A DNA stretch of 64,000 bases from Podarcis filfolensis (GCA_964270895.1 OZ185440.1), one strand, 5' to 3'; counted from the stretch's first letter, positions 36,736-49,892 are shown. Translations and numbers: made by a program. Notes: generated by a model from the sequence alone, not told the origin.

Positions 36736-37552
36736 CTTTATTATAATTAATTTTCTTAATTAAAAATCAGTATATAAATTCAATTAAGCAGTGGATTAAG
36801 GCTTATCTCTCTCTGCTTAAAGCACCTTTTGCTATAATAACTGAATGAAATCCATGGAAGAACATTCTTCAGCTTGAGTTGCAAGGCGTTGGTAGTACTA
36901 GTTTGCTGTTAAACCACTTGTTAGAAGTGTCTTCCAATGTTTAAATATGTTACTTATTTAGTCTGTTGCCAGCCATTTTACCTGCTCTTGATGAGGGGCA
37001 AGGAAGGGAGCTTGTGGAATGGTATTTGTTTTCAGGAGATTAAAACCAGGTCATTTGGCCACCATCCTAATATTTGGCAGCACTAGGTCCACTGGCTGTT
37101 TGCCTTTCCTCATTCTTTTTATTCTAATATACTGAAACTCAAGAAGAAGAAAAATGTAACCTAGAATTACACATTGACTAAAGAATTGCAAGTACATATC
37201 TTATAAGCCATCGACAGTTCTTTGGAAAGCTCTGAGTTTTGCTCTTCCAGTGCTAACTTCTTTGCTAAAAGTCCTAGAGCTAAGGATGTTCCGTTTGAGA
37301 GCCATGTGTCACATTTAGTGGGCTATATAAAATAAAGCGCAATACAGACATGTGCAGCTACCTTGTTCCTTGAATCCCTTTTTTCTTGGACTAGGCCAGC
37401 CAGATCAGGAGCAAAACATTACAGAATGCTGAGAACTATTTATTTAGGAGCTCTTTAATGGCTAGTGCCATATATGCTGACTGGGCTTATTTTGTACTCC
37501 AAAAATTAACATGTACTTCTCCCCCCCCCCTTTTCTCTTCTCATTTGTACAG

Positions 37553-38385
37553 AAGATGCAGACTACAGTGCCTTTGGGATGGATACCATAACAAGGAAGA
37601 AAAATGTCTTGACAAACGTGTTGCGTCCAGATAACCATAGGAAAAAGCCTCACATTGTCATTAGTATGCCACAAGACTTCAGACCAGTATCTTCTATTAT
37701 AGATGTAGACATACTTCCAGAAACCCATCGCAGAGTGCGGCTTTATAAATATGGAACGGACAAGCCTCTAGGATTTTATATACGGGATGGCTCTAGTGTC
37801 AGAGTAACGCCTCATGGGTTAGAGAAAGTACCAGGAATTTTCATATCTAGGCTTGTTCCTGGTGGACTGGCTCAAAGCACGGGCTTATTAGCTGTAAATG
37901 ATGAAGTTCTGGAAGTAAACGGTATAGAAGTTTCAGGTAAAAGCCTTGATCAGGTTACAGATATGATGATTGCTAACAGTCGAAACTTAATAATTACTGT
38001 GAGACCAGCGAATCAGAGAAACAATGTTGTTAGGAACAGCCGGACTTCTGGTAGCTCAGGACAGTCTACAGATACCAGCCTTCCAAGTTACACTCCACAT
38101 ACTGTGCCCATATACCACCCTGAAGAAGAGGAAGACAGTGATGAAGATGATATTATTATTGAAGATAATGGTGAGCCACAACAAATTCCAAAAGCGGCTC
38201 CTTCCAGTGACAGCATTGAGTCACTGACACAAACTGAAACCAATCATGAATCTGTGCAGAATGGTTTAATTTCTTCCAGAGAAGTAAACTTGTATTGTTC
38301 AACTGGCAGCATTAACATGGAGTATGAAATCCAGGACTCAGACCCAAAGACTTTAGAAGAAGATGGGACAATCATAACATTGTGA
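37553..38385 (+). CDS. PARD6B: PARD6B coding exon 3 (semi-CRIB, PDZ, C-terminal IITL), 833 nt to TGA
   Basis: CAG acceptor 37550-37552; EDADYSAFG...[14 protein letters not shown]...[21 protein letters not shown]...EEDGTIITL*; exons sum 75+223+833=1131 nt = 376 aa + stop. Confidence 0.97.
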
Positions 38386-41135
38386 AACTACAACAGCTTA
38401 TTTGCTAAAAAGGCCATAAGAATTTTTTTACTTGGCTGTATTCATGCAGGACGTACCTCTCAACTACCATACTCCAATGACTTTTGATATCTGCATAACG
38501 GATTAGAGCACTCTGCTGTGATTCACAGGAACTGTTCCATTTTGATACCCAGCTGAGAAACAAGTGTTTTAGGAACACACACTGACTGGTTTTGTGGTTC
38601 AAGGCAGGACAGCATTTCCATGACCTAAAATTGTGCAGGTCTATTTTTCAGAATGTCAGTGTCTAGAAGGAGCCCCACCGTTTAGTTTATTGTCCTGTGA
38701 TCTGGTTCCATGTATTGTTCATGGAACATGTTTTAATTGTGGATTTGAGTATTGCCATATGAGAACCAGCCTCAACCATTTTTCAACACGAGAATGTTAA
38801 TAAAATAACCAAACATAAACTTCAACAATTTTTGGCCTTCTTACTCCATACTCCAGACATGTGTAAATTAAAATAATCTGGAATGTTAATTATCAGTGCA
38901 ATCCTATTCATATTTACTCAGAAGTAAGCTCCATTGTGTTGAACTCTGCTTACTACAGGCAAGTCGGTATTGGATTGCATTCAATGAGTTGATTGACTTC
39001 AGTTCTAAAATTTCTTGAAGCGGTTCACAAAATCAGAAGGGAGAGAACTGTCCATTGGATTTATTGATTTGATAGTTGTGAAGTGCAACTTTTTTTAAAA
39101 AAAAAAACTTTTAAACTGTATTGTCATCTACTACTGGTGTTGGAGGGATAAATCACTGCTATTTTGTATGGATTGGATAGCTCACTAAAAAAAGAAGTAG
39201 TTATTTGTCTGATCATATCATATATAGATGTGTACATTTACCCTTTTTATGAGAAAAACTGTGATCTTGAAATATTATGATTCAATCAAGCTCCACAAAA
39301 ACCCAATTGGATTTTCCATTTACGTCAGTGGGAGTTGTACCCATAATGTGAAAGTCTTAAAATATTATTCCTTTTTGTTCCTTAATTAGTTCTCTTGGTT
39401 CATGGCACCCACTACTGCTGTAACTGTTATGGAATGAATATAAAAATGCAAGTGCTAATGACAGATTTGGCTAACATAAATCTTACTGCTTATGAAGGTT
39501 CTTTTGTAGTGGAAAAGTTCCCAAAAGGAGGCAAATTATATAACCACAAATAAAGCAGTTTAGAACGTTGGTTTTAGTTACGTTCCCCTTGACAAAATGC
39601 TTTCTATTTATAGAATTCTAAGCAAAAGGCATCCTAATATTTATCCTTTGGGCATGTGCTTATTCCTTTTTCTTCACATAATTATGACTGAAGTACAGTC
39701 CACTTGAAGAGGGTTCCACAAATAGATAATGTGTGCAATCAGGTAGCCATTTTCATGGATGCATATGTTTGGTACGACTATGGATCTTACCATGGTTCAT
39801 TATATGGTAGATAAGGTGTAAAATGAACTTTTCACTTACACAGAAGCATGGAAACCAAAACATTAGTGAAAGAGTTGAATGTTAATTTATTGTGGAAACA
39901 CACATAGGGTTGTTGTGCTGCTTAACACATTCAGTTTGATTTTTTGATACTTGTACTGCAATCATGTGCATGAACACTTTGGATATATTAGTGCAATTAC
40001 AAACTTAAGAAAATATTTTATTAAACTGTGTTTAAATTTTACTCCTTATGATACTAGCCTCAATCAGGTAGCTTGTTTTACGGGATGGAGTGTGTTCTTT
40101 AAAAAGCATATATATCTATACATATCCTTGTAATGCATAAAATAATCTTGGCTTGAAGTAATGTAATTATACCTAATAAAATTAAACATTGGGGGATGGG
40201 GGAAATAATGAACACTAGAGAGGATAAGCAAAAGGCTCAATGTGTTTTGCTATTAAAATGACAGGCTGCACTGCATTTAATTGCAAAGTAATGCAGTTGC
40301 CATGATGGTTTATCACTACCTTATTTTTACTAAGCCTTTTAAAATCAATTTGAAACAGAATAATAGTACATTTTAATTATATATATATACAACGGTACTG
40401 GGCTTCAGTATAAGTGAAACTATTAGACTTTCATATACTACCTCTTAAACTTTGACAGCTAGCATCTTGTGGGGGACAAGGTCGGTCTGCTAGATGAAGA
40501 CATGAAGGCTTGGTGTATGTACAATTTTTACTTTAAAACCCAGAGATACTTAAAATTTTACTACAAGTTCTAATATGCTGTTTGCTCTGTATGTGTGTGT
40601 ATATATACACGAACATACATAAATGCATTCTCAATTTTTGATTGAATCTTAAAATGAATGTGTATGGACAACTTCACAGAATCAAAATTCTTTTGATGTT
40701 TGTATTGATTTACAAAAATGAAAAGTTTTTTTTTAAAAAAACCCCTCTCAGCAATTTAAAGACTGATTTGCCTTTTAAGTGCACCTTATCTGAAAGAGAG
40801 CAGAATATGGCTAGTAGTACAGTTTTCTGGAACTATTTTATAGTTTCTGATGAAGTCAAGCTAAACTGTGAAATCTCTGTTCTTCCACAGCTACGTTATT
40901 TAGGATGTTGTTGTGTACTTTTGTGACTTGTGTGTTTTCTAATTAAAACCTTTATGCAACATGATTTTTACATGAACATGTATAATATGTCAAATGTCAG
41001 TATTTTTCTTACCACTTTAATGTATGATGTACGTCAATACCACTAAATGGACTTTGATTTTACAAATCAAATTGGCATAAGTTGTATGTTAGTCATATTT
41101 TTACAGACTCAATAATAAAAAACTGTAACTATTGC
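38386..41135 (+). other. PARD6B: Probable long PARD6B 3' UTR
   Basis: AT-rich and repeat-poor; AATAAA at 40175-40180 and 41114-41119; 3' end inferred, not demonstrated. Confidence 0.45.
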
Positions 41136-43534
41136 TAATTTTAAACTTAGATGCCTTCAAGAATGCTTTATTACTTACTTAAGAAATCTCAAAAGTTACT
41201 TCCTGATTTTCCCCAGGTCTATATAGAATTTCATTGGAGCTATCCCAGAAATTGCTAAAGCACAGAGTTTATCCTTCCACAGTCAGGCCAATCACTAGAA
41301 AAAGGAAGGACCAGGATCACATTACCTTTTCCTAGAGTATTCTGAAAGGGTTAAAAACAATCGCTCATCACCTCAATCAAAATGACCACCATAGTTTCTG
41401 TTGTAGACATCACTTCAAAACTAGTCTATTTATATTACATATGTATCCCACTTTTGCTCCATGAAAGAAAGAAGCTAATAGCACCACACATGTGGTCTCT
41501 CATCCAAGGAGTGACCAAACCCCTGAGCTGCTTAGATTCAGCGGGTCTGCTATATTGTGTGTCTTTAGGCCATGCCCTGTAACCATATGATTTATTTCCT
41601 CTCTTGTGTTATATGTGTTCATGAAGTTACTGATTAGATAACTGCGTCTCACAGAGGAGTCTCCAAGTTGCTTCTGCTCCTTCTCTGTCCTCCAGAAAAT
41701 TCTGAATTTTTATTTTGATTTATAGTCCCATCTTATCTAAGGGAGTAGGCCAGTTTTGCAACAATTCATCCAAAGACCTTTCAGTTTTAAAAACCCTTTC
41801 AACTTTTGTAGTTAGGTGGTCAAGGAAGATAAAATTTAAAGTAGTAATGCGAATGAAAAGGGAACCAATCTTTGTTTTCTACAATTCATTCCACAGTATT
41901 TTATATAGAAAATGTATCCAGTTTAACCACCTTGTTCCATTTTTTTTCACTCAAGTGTCCAGTCTTGCTTTCAGACAGTGTAGTTTTTTGTTTTGCCTTT
42001 TCTACCCATCCCTCGCTTCCTACAGATGTAGAACTTGGATTTCCCCTACCCAAGATTAACATTTCCTATTACTTACTGTCCCCTTAAATTCCTTCTTATT
42101 GCATCACCACCCAAATCAACATGTTTTAATCTGTAAAAGGCTCCATTCTCACAGTGCTTTATTAAGGCAAGTAACTTGATTTCATACCCTAACTTTAAGT
42201 TTTCTAGCATAAATTTTCAGCATTCTGAAAAGAAATGAATACGGGACAGTTAAATGTTTCATTATTTCATTTTGGACACCTCAGTTCATAAAGAGGGGAA
42301 AGCTTGGAAGGCAGGTTTGAAAAGGTCAGTTCATCATGCTGGATTTTAGAGATGCAGTTTATGTCCTTAATTTGTAAAAACAATTATGCTTCATAGGTAT
42401 TCATAAGTTCCCTTAGCGTATGATCAGAAAGTTAAAATGGTAAGGCACAGACCAGGTCTGCAGGAGTGAATAAAAGTTTCAATCTAAAATGAAAATTCAA
42501 TGCATTGCGAAACCTTGTTACCTCGGGTTTCACCAATTAATTGGCATTGGGTGTGTTCACTCCTACATAAGAAGTGTTTCAAATTGTAAGATCATGGCTG
42601 TGATCCACAAAGCCAGTTAGACTAGAGTATTTTGCATTTAAATCCAATTTAATATTAAATGTGGGTGAAGTTTGATGAAATAATAAATGAACAGGTACTA
42701 AGGTTTCTGCTATAAAACATGAAAGACAATTACGACTCCAGTTGTATAATTTAATTTCTCATGCTTTTAGGGAAGAAACTTGACACAAGTACTTGCCTGT
42801 TCCATGGGATTTGAAAACCCAACCCCTTTTAGCATTTATGTGCAAAATAAAACTCTGTGCCACTTTCTGTGACTTCAGTTGGATCTGTAATGCTGTAAAT
42901 TATCTTATGACTCTGCATTTTAAGCTGGTGACTTGCGGATTTTGACAGAGGAGATAAGGCTGTCCCCCTTTTCCCCTTTATCACTGGCATGGCAGGTGCA
43001 CATTACACTGGCCTTTACAACTTGTGCCTGAAAGCCCAGAGAATGTCATACAAAGAGCAGAAAGAATAGTGCAGAGTAGTGCAGAAAACCTTGCTGAAAT
43101 ATACTAAGTGGGATGGAAACAGTGGTATATTAACACCAGCTCCCACTGGATGCATCTCTATAGTGCAAACCTAAGTTTAATAGTCTATGATTTCCTAAAA
43201 GTGTATTGAGGGTTATAGTTTTGTGAGGATGTTTGAATTCTCTGCTAGAATTTCCTAGCGCCTGTTGGAGCTACAAGGTCCAGGGTTCACTGGCAAAGAG
43301 TAACAACAAAAACCAATTTGAGCTTGTGGTGCGGATAGTGAATAAATTTGATTTAAATCTAAGTACACCCTGAGTTGTGTGGTCAGAACCTCAGTCAGTG
43401 CAAAGGTGGAAGTCATGGGATAAGAGGGGTTCCTTTGCTCTTTTGAAAAACGCCAATATTGTAATGCTTTTATATAAACTTCAGATGCAAGTGCGTTTGG
43501 CATATTGAGCACAGTTCTGGCTGCTGCGTCTCAA

Positions 43535-44070
43535 AAAGCATATTACAGAGCTAAAAAAGATGTAGAAAAGGTCATCAAAACAGTAAAGGGGCTGGAGCAG
43601 CATGGAAAACATTTCATCCTCCAGATGTTATGAACTACAATTCTCTTTCCATCAGTTCCAGCAGGCATAGCCAATGACCAGGGAGGATGGTAATTGTAGT
43701 TCAACAACAGCTGGAGGGCCAAAGTCCACCCCATCACCTGAATGAGAATAACTCCGCTATGAGAAAGATATTTACTTACCCAGGGCTTTTTAGTTTTGAA
43801 AAGGGGAAAGGAAGAAGTTGTTGGATTGGTAAAGATGGATAGTGTGGAGTGTTTCTCTTTTTTTCTCGTACTGTATCCAGTACACTACATAGTCCAGTGT
43901 AGCTGAATGGTGGGAGAGACAGACAAGAAAAAGTACTTCACATTGCATATAATGAAGCGATGGACTTTACTGCTGCAAGATATGGCTACATAAATTTAGA
44001 CGGATTTAAAAGATAAGGCACATTCATGCAGATGAGGATACCAATGCCTGCTATTCACAAAGCAGCCTTC
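43535..44070 (+). mobile_element. Old CR1 3' fragment interrupted by a Charlie-like MITE (about 43592-43735)
   Basis: AAGGGGCTGGAGCA...TTTAGTTTTGAAAAG CR1 ORF2 motifs flank a GAACTACAATTC/GTAATTGTAGTTC hairpin element. Confidence 0.55.
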
Positions 44071-46026
44071 CATAGCCCTCATGCTATCCAGATCCTTTGG
44101 AACTATATCTGGGGTTCTCAAAAGTGGCATCTGTGGGCACTATGGTACCCCCCCCGAGTGTGCCAAGGCCTCTGCACTCCCCCCTTTTAAAAATTAAGGG
44201 TGCTTGGATTTTGTATGGATGGGTAGGCTTGCATTCCTCCTCACCTGTTTGATTTTGGGGTGCATGTAGGTGTTTTGCATGTTTTAGGGGGCAGGTCTGA
44301 CCCATCAGAGCTTTTCTGTGAAATATATATTGCAATTAGTGCCTGCAACAACTTACCGGGTTTTCAAAAATACCCTCAGGCACTACCTGAAATATTGCTA
44401 GTGTTGCCTTGGATCCCTAAAATGATATAGAAACTGTTTCCTCCTTTGGTGAAGCCAGTTCTGCATGACTGATAGTTGCATACACAACTTGTGTAACAAA
44501 TGGTGTGTACCTTGCACCCATTGCTTATTTTTCACATGAGAGCTGGGTGGCCTTTCACCTGCACTGCACAATGACTTGATCCTCAGGTTTTTCTCTTTGA
44601 GCTAATCAGATAGCTGGTGTTCTGCAATCTTGGTTGTGTTTACATACGTGGTTTTACTCACAGCTCAAATTCCTGGAGCCTTGGAAGAGTAAAGTATGCA
44701 GGAATACAATGAAATTTGGGGACACGAATGTGTCAATGAGGGCGGGGGGAAGCTGTCAAACTTGAAACCATGGAAGTTTTTACATAGCAGGGATTACTCA
44801 GTCTCTTCCCACTGATTACTTTTTCGGTAGGAAAGCTACCTTTCTACTGAGATACATGCTGTTGCTGCCTTTTAAATCATGGTTTAGGCCGATTTTTTTT
44901 ATTACAGTGATTTATCATGCGACATTTTCTTTTTGAAACGTGTGTAAAATGTATTTCTATAAAATAAGCAAATAGTATTTGTTTGGACCCTAGGTGAAAA
45001 GAGATCTCAACCAAGTGTAAGCAGAGACTCTTATATGGTTGGTTGTTTCCTTTTATAATCTAATCAATATAGCATTGTGTAAAACAGGAAGAGGAAAAAG
45101 TGGAAGCATTTATTTCTTACATTTCTATTCCTCTTTCCGCCAAGAAGCTTAAGGCAGTGTATATTCTTCTCTCTCTTGCCTCTTATGGGTTGCAATTCAG
45201 CCCAATATGACTTATATTTAAATCTCACTTAACTCTGGGCAGGACTGCAAACATGAACACCTTACACTGACATTATATCACTGGGCTCTAACAGTTAAAG
45301 TGTGAAAACACCCTAAGTCATTTATTTTGGGCCAATTGGCAAGCAAAACAAGGTTACAAGGCAACCAGGCGTCCCATCTTCTGCTTTAACAAGCAGCTCA
45401 TTCTGTTCCCTAGAGAAAAATAAATTAGCCAGGGTGGAGTAACTCCCACATTCAGTTGTCATTTAAATTGTAATGCCAATTAGGCTGGCAAACTTGCCAT
45501 GGCCTGCAGGAAGCATTAATGTCTGGGAACGCATTATTTATGAAAGATGCGAATAAAATTGCAAGGAAGGGTTGTGAGTGGAGCTAGTTAGACAGAATGT
45601 GCCCCCACGGTATTTTGCATTTGCCGTATTTCATGTTTGCACCCAAACAAACCTTGAAAGCTGCTTGAAGTCAACAAACGGTGAAATCTCATTCAGAATA
45701 CTAGCCATCCAACCATAACTGAGGCCAGCAATGTCCCCACCCAGCACAGAATTAAAACAGAATTGTGCGTAATATAAATCCAAATACTGAGACAATGAAA
45801 GCAACCTGTGTAAATTATGCAATACTACATAATTTGCTTGATTCTCATTATTATCCTAGTTGCGGAGCGGGGAAGGGGAAGTTGTTAAATAGGGCTAACC
45901 TTAATGTGAATTTTGCTACTTTGTGTGTCACGTCTTCCATTGGTTGCCTCCAACTCATTGATTGTCTCAAATGGCCTTTTCTTCCAGCATTAAAGTGGAT
46001 GTGGTGATTAAGAGAGGATCCTTTAG

Positions 46027-46212
46027 GGAAGCAGATGTAGTTCAATGGTAGGTCCCTGATTAAATTCCTGACATCTCCAGGTAGGGTTGGGGGTAGGAGT
46101 CCTGTCTGCAACCTTGGAAAGCCACTGCCAGTATGTGCAGAGTGGGCAATGCTGAGCAAAATGGACCAATGGTCTGCCTTAATATAATAAGGCAACTTCC
46201 TATGGATTCCTA
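46027..46212 (+). mobile_element. Squam2-like tRNA SINE
   Basis: CATCTCCAGGTAGGG...GGACCAATGGTCTG...AAGGCAACTTCCTATG. Confidence 0.6.
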
Positions 46213-46384
46213 TGTACTTGTGCTTACTACAGGGAAACCCAGCCATTTAATTGCATGCATGCCAATTTGATGGCCCTGCATACATTTTTTTTGCCATGCC
46301 TCCATACTACTTATAAAAGCATTAATTGGTTCAATTTGTATGGCTGCTGAATGTGATTGTTGTCATCAATAGTAGCCACCAAAA

Positions 46385-46401
46385 TGTTGCCATCTGGTGG
46401 T
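46385..46401 (-). promoter_or_regulatory. Candidate CTCF motif
   Basis: Reverse complement reads ACCACCAGATGGCAACA. Confidence 0.45.
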
Positions 46402-48195
46402 AAAGAGAGAGATTGCATGAAGAAATGGGTGCAAAGTCTAGCTTGATGAGTACAGATGGGAGGGGATCAAGTTACATGTATAGCTGCAGAGAATCAGGAA
46501 ATGGAGGGATAGTTCTGTAATAGTGAGGGTAGATCTGTTTTGGCAGTGACATACAAAAGATGGCTGGCATTGCATATCCACAAGAAAATGCCCAATATGT
46601 TATTTCAATAGGTATGCCAATACTCATCTGACCATGAGCAGATTTATTTCAAGTGCTTTAGGCTGGTGCTCTTCAGCCTTGGTATCAAGTTGTTGGAGCA
46701 GATTTTGGTGTCGCACAGGGTGCCCCTGAAATTTGAGGTGCCAGCACCCGCCACTGCCTTCACCAATAAATGGTGAAAATGGGGAGGAATTTCATCACTT
46801 ACTGAGGAACTCCAACTTAGTTTCAAAATTACCAGTACCAGTAAATTCTGTGTATTTTTTTATACATTTTCCATTAGCCACCTAACATCTTAAGGATTAC
46901 TAAAAATGCCAGTGAAGTATTCACTAGATTTTTTATATTTACCACAATATGACTCTTCTTATTAGCAAACTCAGTTGGTGGGCGATTCCATTGCAGCCAG
47001 AATGGCATCGCTGAGAAACGAGAGAAATATCAACATATACTAGTGGGAATATGAAATGAATATTTCATTTAATGTGGGAGTGAATCAAGATTCTCTTTTC
47101 TTCCTTATGGGTTACTGTTTTTCCTCCCCTAACTCCCCAGGAGAAACAAGGAGAGGCTGAGGCTTACGTGTACTCACTATGGGTAGTCTTTGGAGTTGGA
47201 AAATCGTAGGAAATTGGATACAAAGATCGAAGAACCCCAGCATGGGAGACACCCTCCCCCAGGTAATTGGTTCCATTGTTCAACTGTTCTGATAATTAAG
47301 AAATTTTAGCCTCCAGTGCCTTGAGTAAGGGGCTAATTAGAAATTTAAGCCTTGATTCTCTTTTTAAAAAAAACCCACCCCATGTATTTAAGATTAGATG
47401 GCTCTTTTTTAAAACAAATCTTGCCTGCCAGTGAAAATATGTTGGCAATGTCAAACTTTAGGGAATTCTATAATAGATTATGAGAAAGTTACTCTGTGTA
47501 CCCCCTCATTTTGAAGAGGTTCTGCGAGGTAACGTGCCAACTCGGTTAAGTCCTGAGAATGTGATCACTTTGAAGTAAAGCAGTTTAAATCTTATCATAA
47601 GATGTCTCCCTTGTGATGCCCAATTATTTCTTAATACACAGTAAGTAATTTGTTAGACCAAGCTATAAGGAAACAGCCAGATCTTCCTCCTCTTGCAGAT
47701 GGTGAGCATGTTACTGACATGAGTGAACATTGCCAGTAATCTTTGCTTTCAAACATCAGTCAAAGAATTGAGAGAGAAAGAAATTGCCCTTTCAGAAAAT
47801 GAATTCACATTCCAGGAAAGGTGCAACAACCTAAAGGTACCATATATCATGGGTGGCTACCATGTTGGTCCATTTGGAGTGGAGAGTGGAATCCAAAAAG
47901 TAACAGTAGGTTACTTTTATACCTTTAACAGGTCCAACAAAAATGTTACAAAGACATGGGCAAAAATTACAGTTGACCAACATTCTTCATCAGGTAGGAT
48001 GAAAAGTAGAACACAACAACAGACAGAGAAAATGATGTTGCTGTGCACTGTGAAAATCTTCAGCCTGTAATAATTGAAGACAAAACTGTGTTAAACGGAT
48101 TTAATTAGGTTACGGCATATCTAGTGGGGGGGGGGAAGGAACAAAAGGTGAAAGTACATTAATAATCTCAGGTTCCACCAAAGGCTACAAAACTC

Positions 48196-48235
<40 letters not shown>

Positions 48236-49203
48236 CCAGCAGACAAATCTAGAGGCACATCTCAATATTTTTTAAAGTATGTAAAGAATCTTGCTGCTGG
48301 TCCTACACTAGGGCAAGCATGGTTGATGTTGGAGTGTGCAAAAAATTTTCTGGGAATACCTTCATGCTCCTTAAGACTTTCAGTGTCTGCTATCTGCATA
48401 AAGGGACATTTTTGCATTTGGCCAGTTGTGTTTGCCTGTTGTTCAGGTTGTGTCTACTGTTTCAGTGCACACAGGCTTCTGCCTTTAAATACTGACACAT
48501 ATCATTTAGGATGTAATCCTGTTTCCAAATATTTGGAAGTAAGTTTCACTGAACTCCGTGGGCAATCTTTGAGCAAGCATGCAAAGCATCATGTTGCATG
48601 TAACAGCTGCATTCTTATTCTTTTCTACAGCAGTTACAGCTTCCCCATCACTGTATAGTGGAGAAGGGAAAGCTCCACCTGCTGTGTTCTTGTCTGTCTT
48701 GCAGCTACCAAAGGAACACAACAAAAAGCTGTTGGGTTAAACAAACAAACAAATCCAAGAACTCTAGAACAAACAGAATGGGGTGGGAGGCAGGAAATGT
48801 AACCTGGGCTAGGAAACCCATCCCATAATAAACACCTGAAAGTATCCTCCATCACCTGAAAAGAGTTTTTCATTATTTATTTTAATATTTCAAATTCTTA
48901 ACCACCCCAAGGTGTCTTGGCAGAAAGGTAGCATACAAACGCAACAGTTAAATGAACAAAGGAGCAGATAATCAGGTGTACAGTTACTATACCCACAGAA
49001 AATATTTGAAATATTTCAAAAAATGTTCATTTTTGTTCTCACCAAAATAGGCAGTCTCTACAACATAACACCAAACAACCTAAGTACACTTCCCCGGAAG
49101 TCCCTTCAAACTTGGCAGAGCTTATGCCTGAATAGCCACGCATTTAAAGATTGCATTGTAATTGGTCAACAGCCAGACATTTGTGCAATGATATAAAGAA
49201 GGA

Positions 49204-49540
49204 GGGACGTGAGTGGCGTTGTGGCTTAAACCATGGAGCCTAGGACTTGCCGATCAGAAGGTCGGCGGCTTGAATCCCTGTGATGGGGTGAGCTCCCGTT
49301 GTTCAGTCCCAGCTCCTGCCAACCTAGCAGTTCGAAAGCACATCAAAGTGCAAGTAGATAAATAGGTACCGCTCTGGTGGGAAGGTAAATGGCGTTTCCG
49401 TGTGCTGCTCTGGCTCGCCAGAAGCGGCTTAGGTATGCTGGCCACATGCTGTACGCCAGCTCCCTCGGCCAGTAAAGCGATATGAGCGCCGCAACCCCAG
49501 AGTCGGCCACAACTGGACCTAACGGTCAAGGGTCCCTTTA
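49204..49540 (+). mobile_element. Sauria SINE with a short internal deletion
   Basis: Head and 3' end present; lacks ACCCGGAAG after GCCACATG. Confidence 0.9.
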
Positions 49541-49763
49541 TAGAGAAGAAGGAAGGCAGTGCATTCTGACTGCTCAACTGCAATGGTCTAATTTTGTCAA
49601 ATGATCTTTCCATATGATGAGCTATTGGTTATTGCATGGGTTAGATAATTACTGTTTGATGCGAAACAGGGAGTGCTGCCCTGCCCTGCCACAGCCTCCC
49701 TTACCCCCTTAGCTTGTGTGCTGGTGGTGCAATATCTGTGTGGACAGTTCCCCGCCAGGCGCT

Positions 49764-49892
49764 GCCTTGGGTCAGCTCAGTTGGGTAGAGCGTGAGACTC
49801 TTAATCTCAGGGTCGCGGGTTTGAGCCCAACATTGCACAAAAGATTCTTGCATTGCAGGGGGTTGGACTAGATGACCCTCGGTGTCCCTTCC
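49764..49892 (+). mobile_element. tRNA-Lys(CUU)-derived SINE with CR1 3' tail (copy 2)
   Basis: AGCTCAGTTGGGTAGAGCGTGAGACTCTTAATCTCAGGGTCGCGGGTTTGAGCCC (anticodon CTT, paired stem) + AAAAG + ATTCTTGCATTGCAGGGGGTTGGACTAGATGACCC. Confidence 0.75.

Noticed and set aside
37579-38385. 268-aa ORF starting at ATG 37579 as a standalone gene
   Set aside because: It is the bulk of PARD6B exon 3; the acceptor is at 37552 and the frame continues from exon 2
39736-40072. 12-bp direct repeat CAATCAGGTAGC twice in the 3' UTR
   Set aside because: Two copies of a 12-mer with no TSD-like or motif context; may be chance
49764-49836. Functional tRNA-Lys gene
   Set aside because: Acceptor stem is mismatched, T-loop is mutated, it is fused to a CR1 tail and has no poly-T terminator; treated as a SINE head
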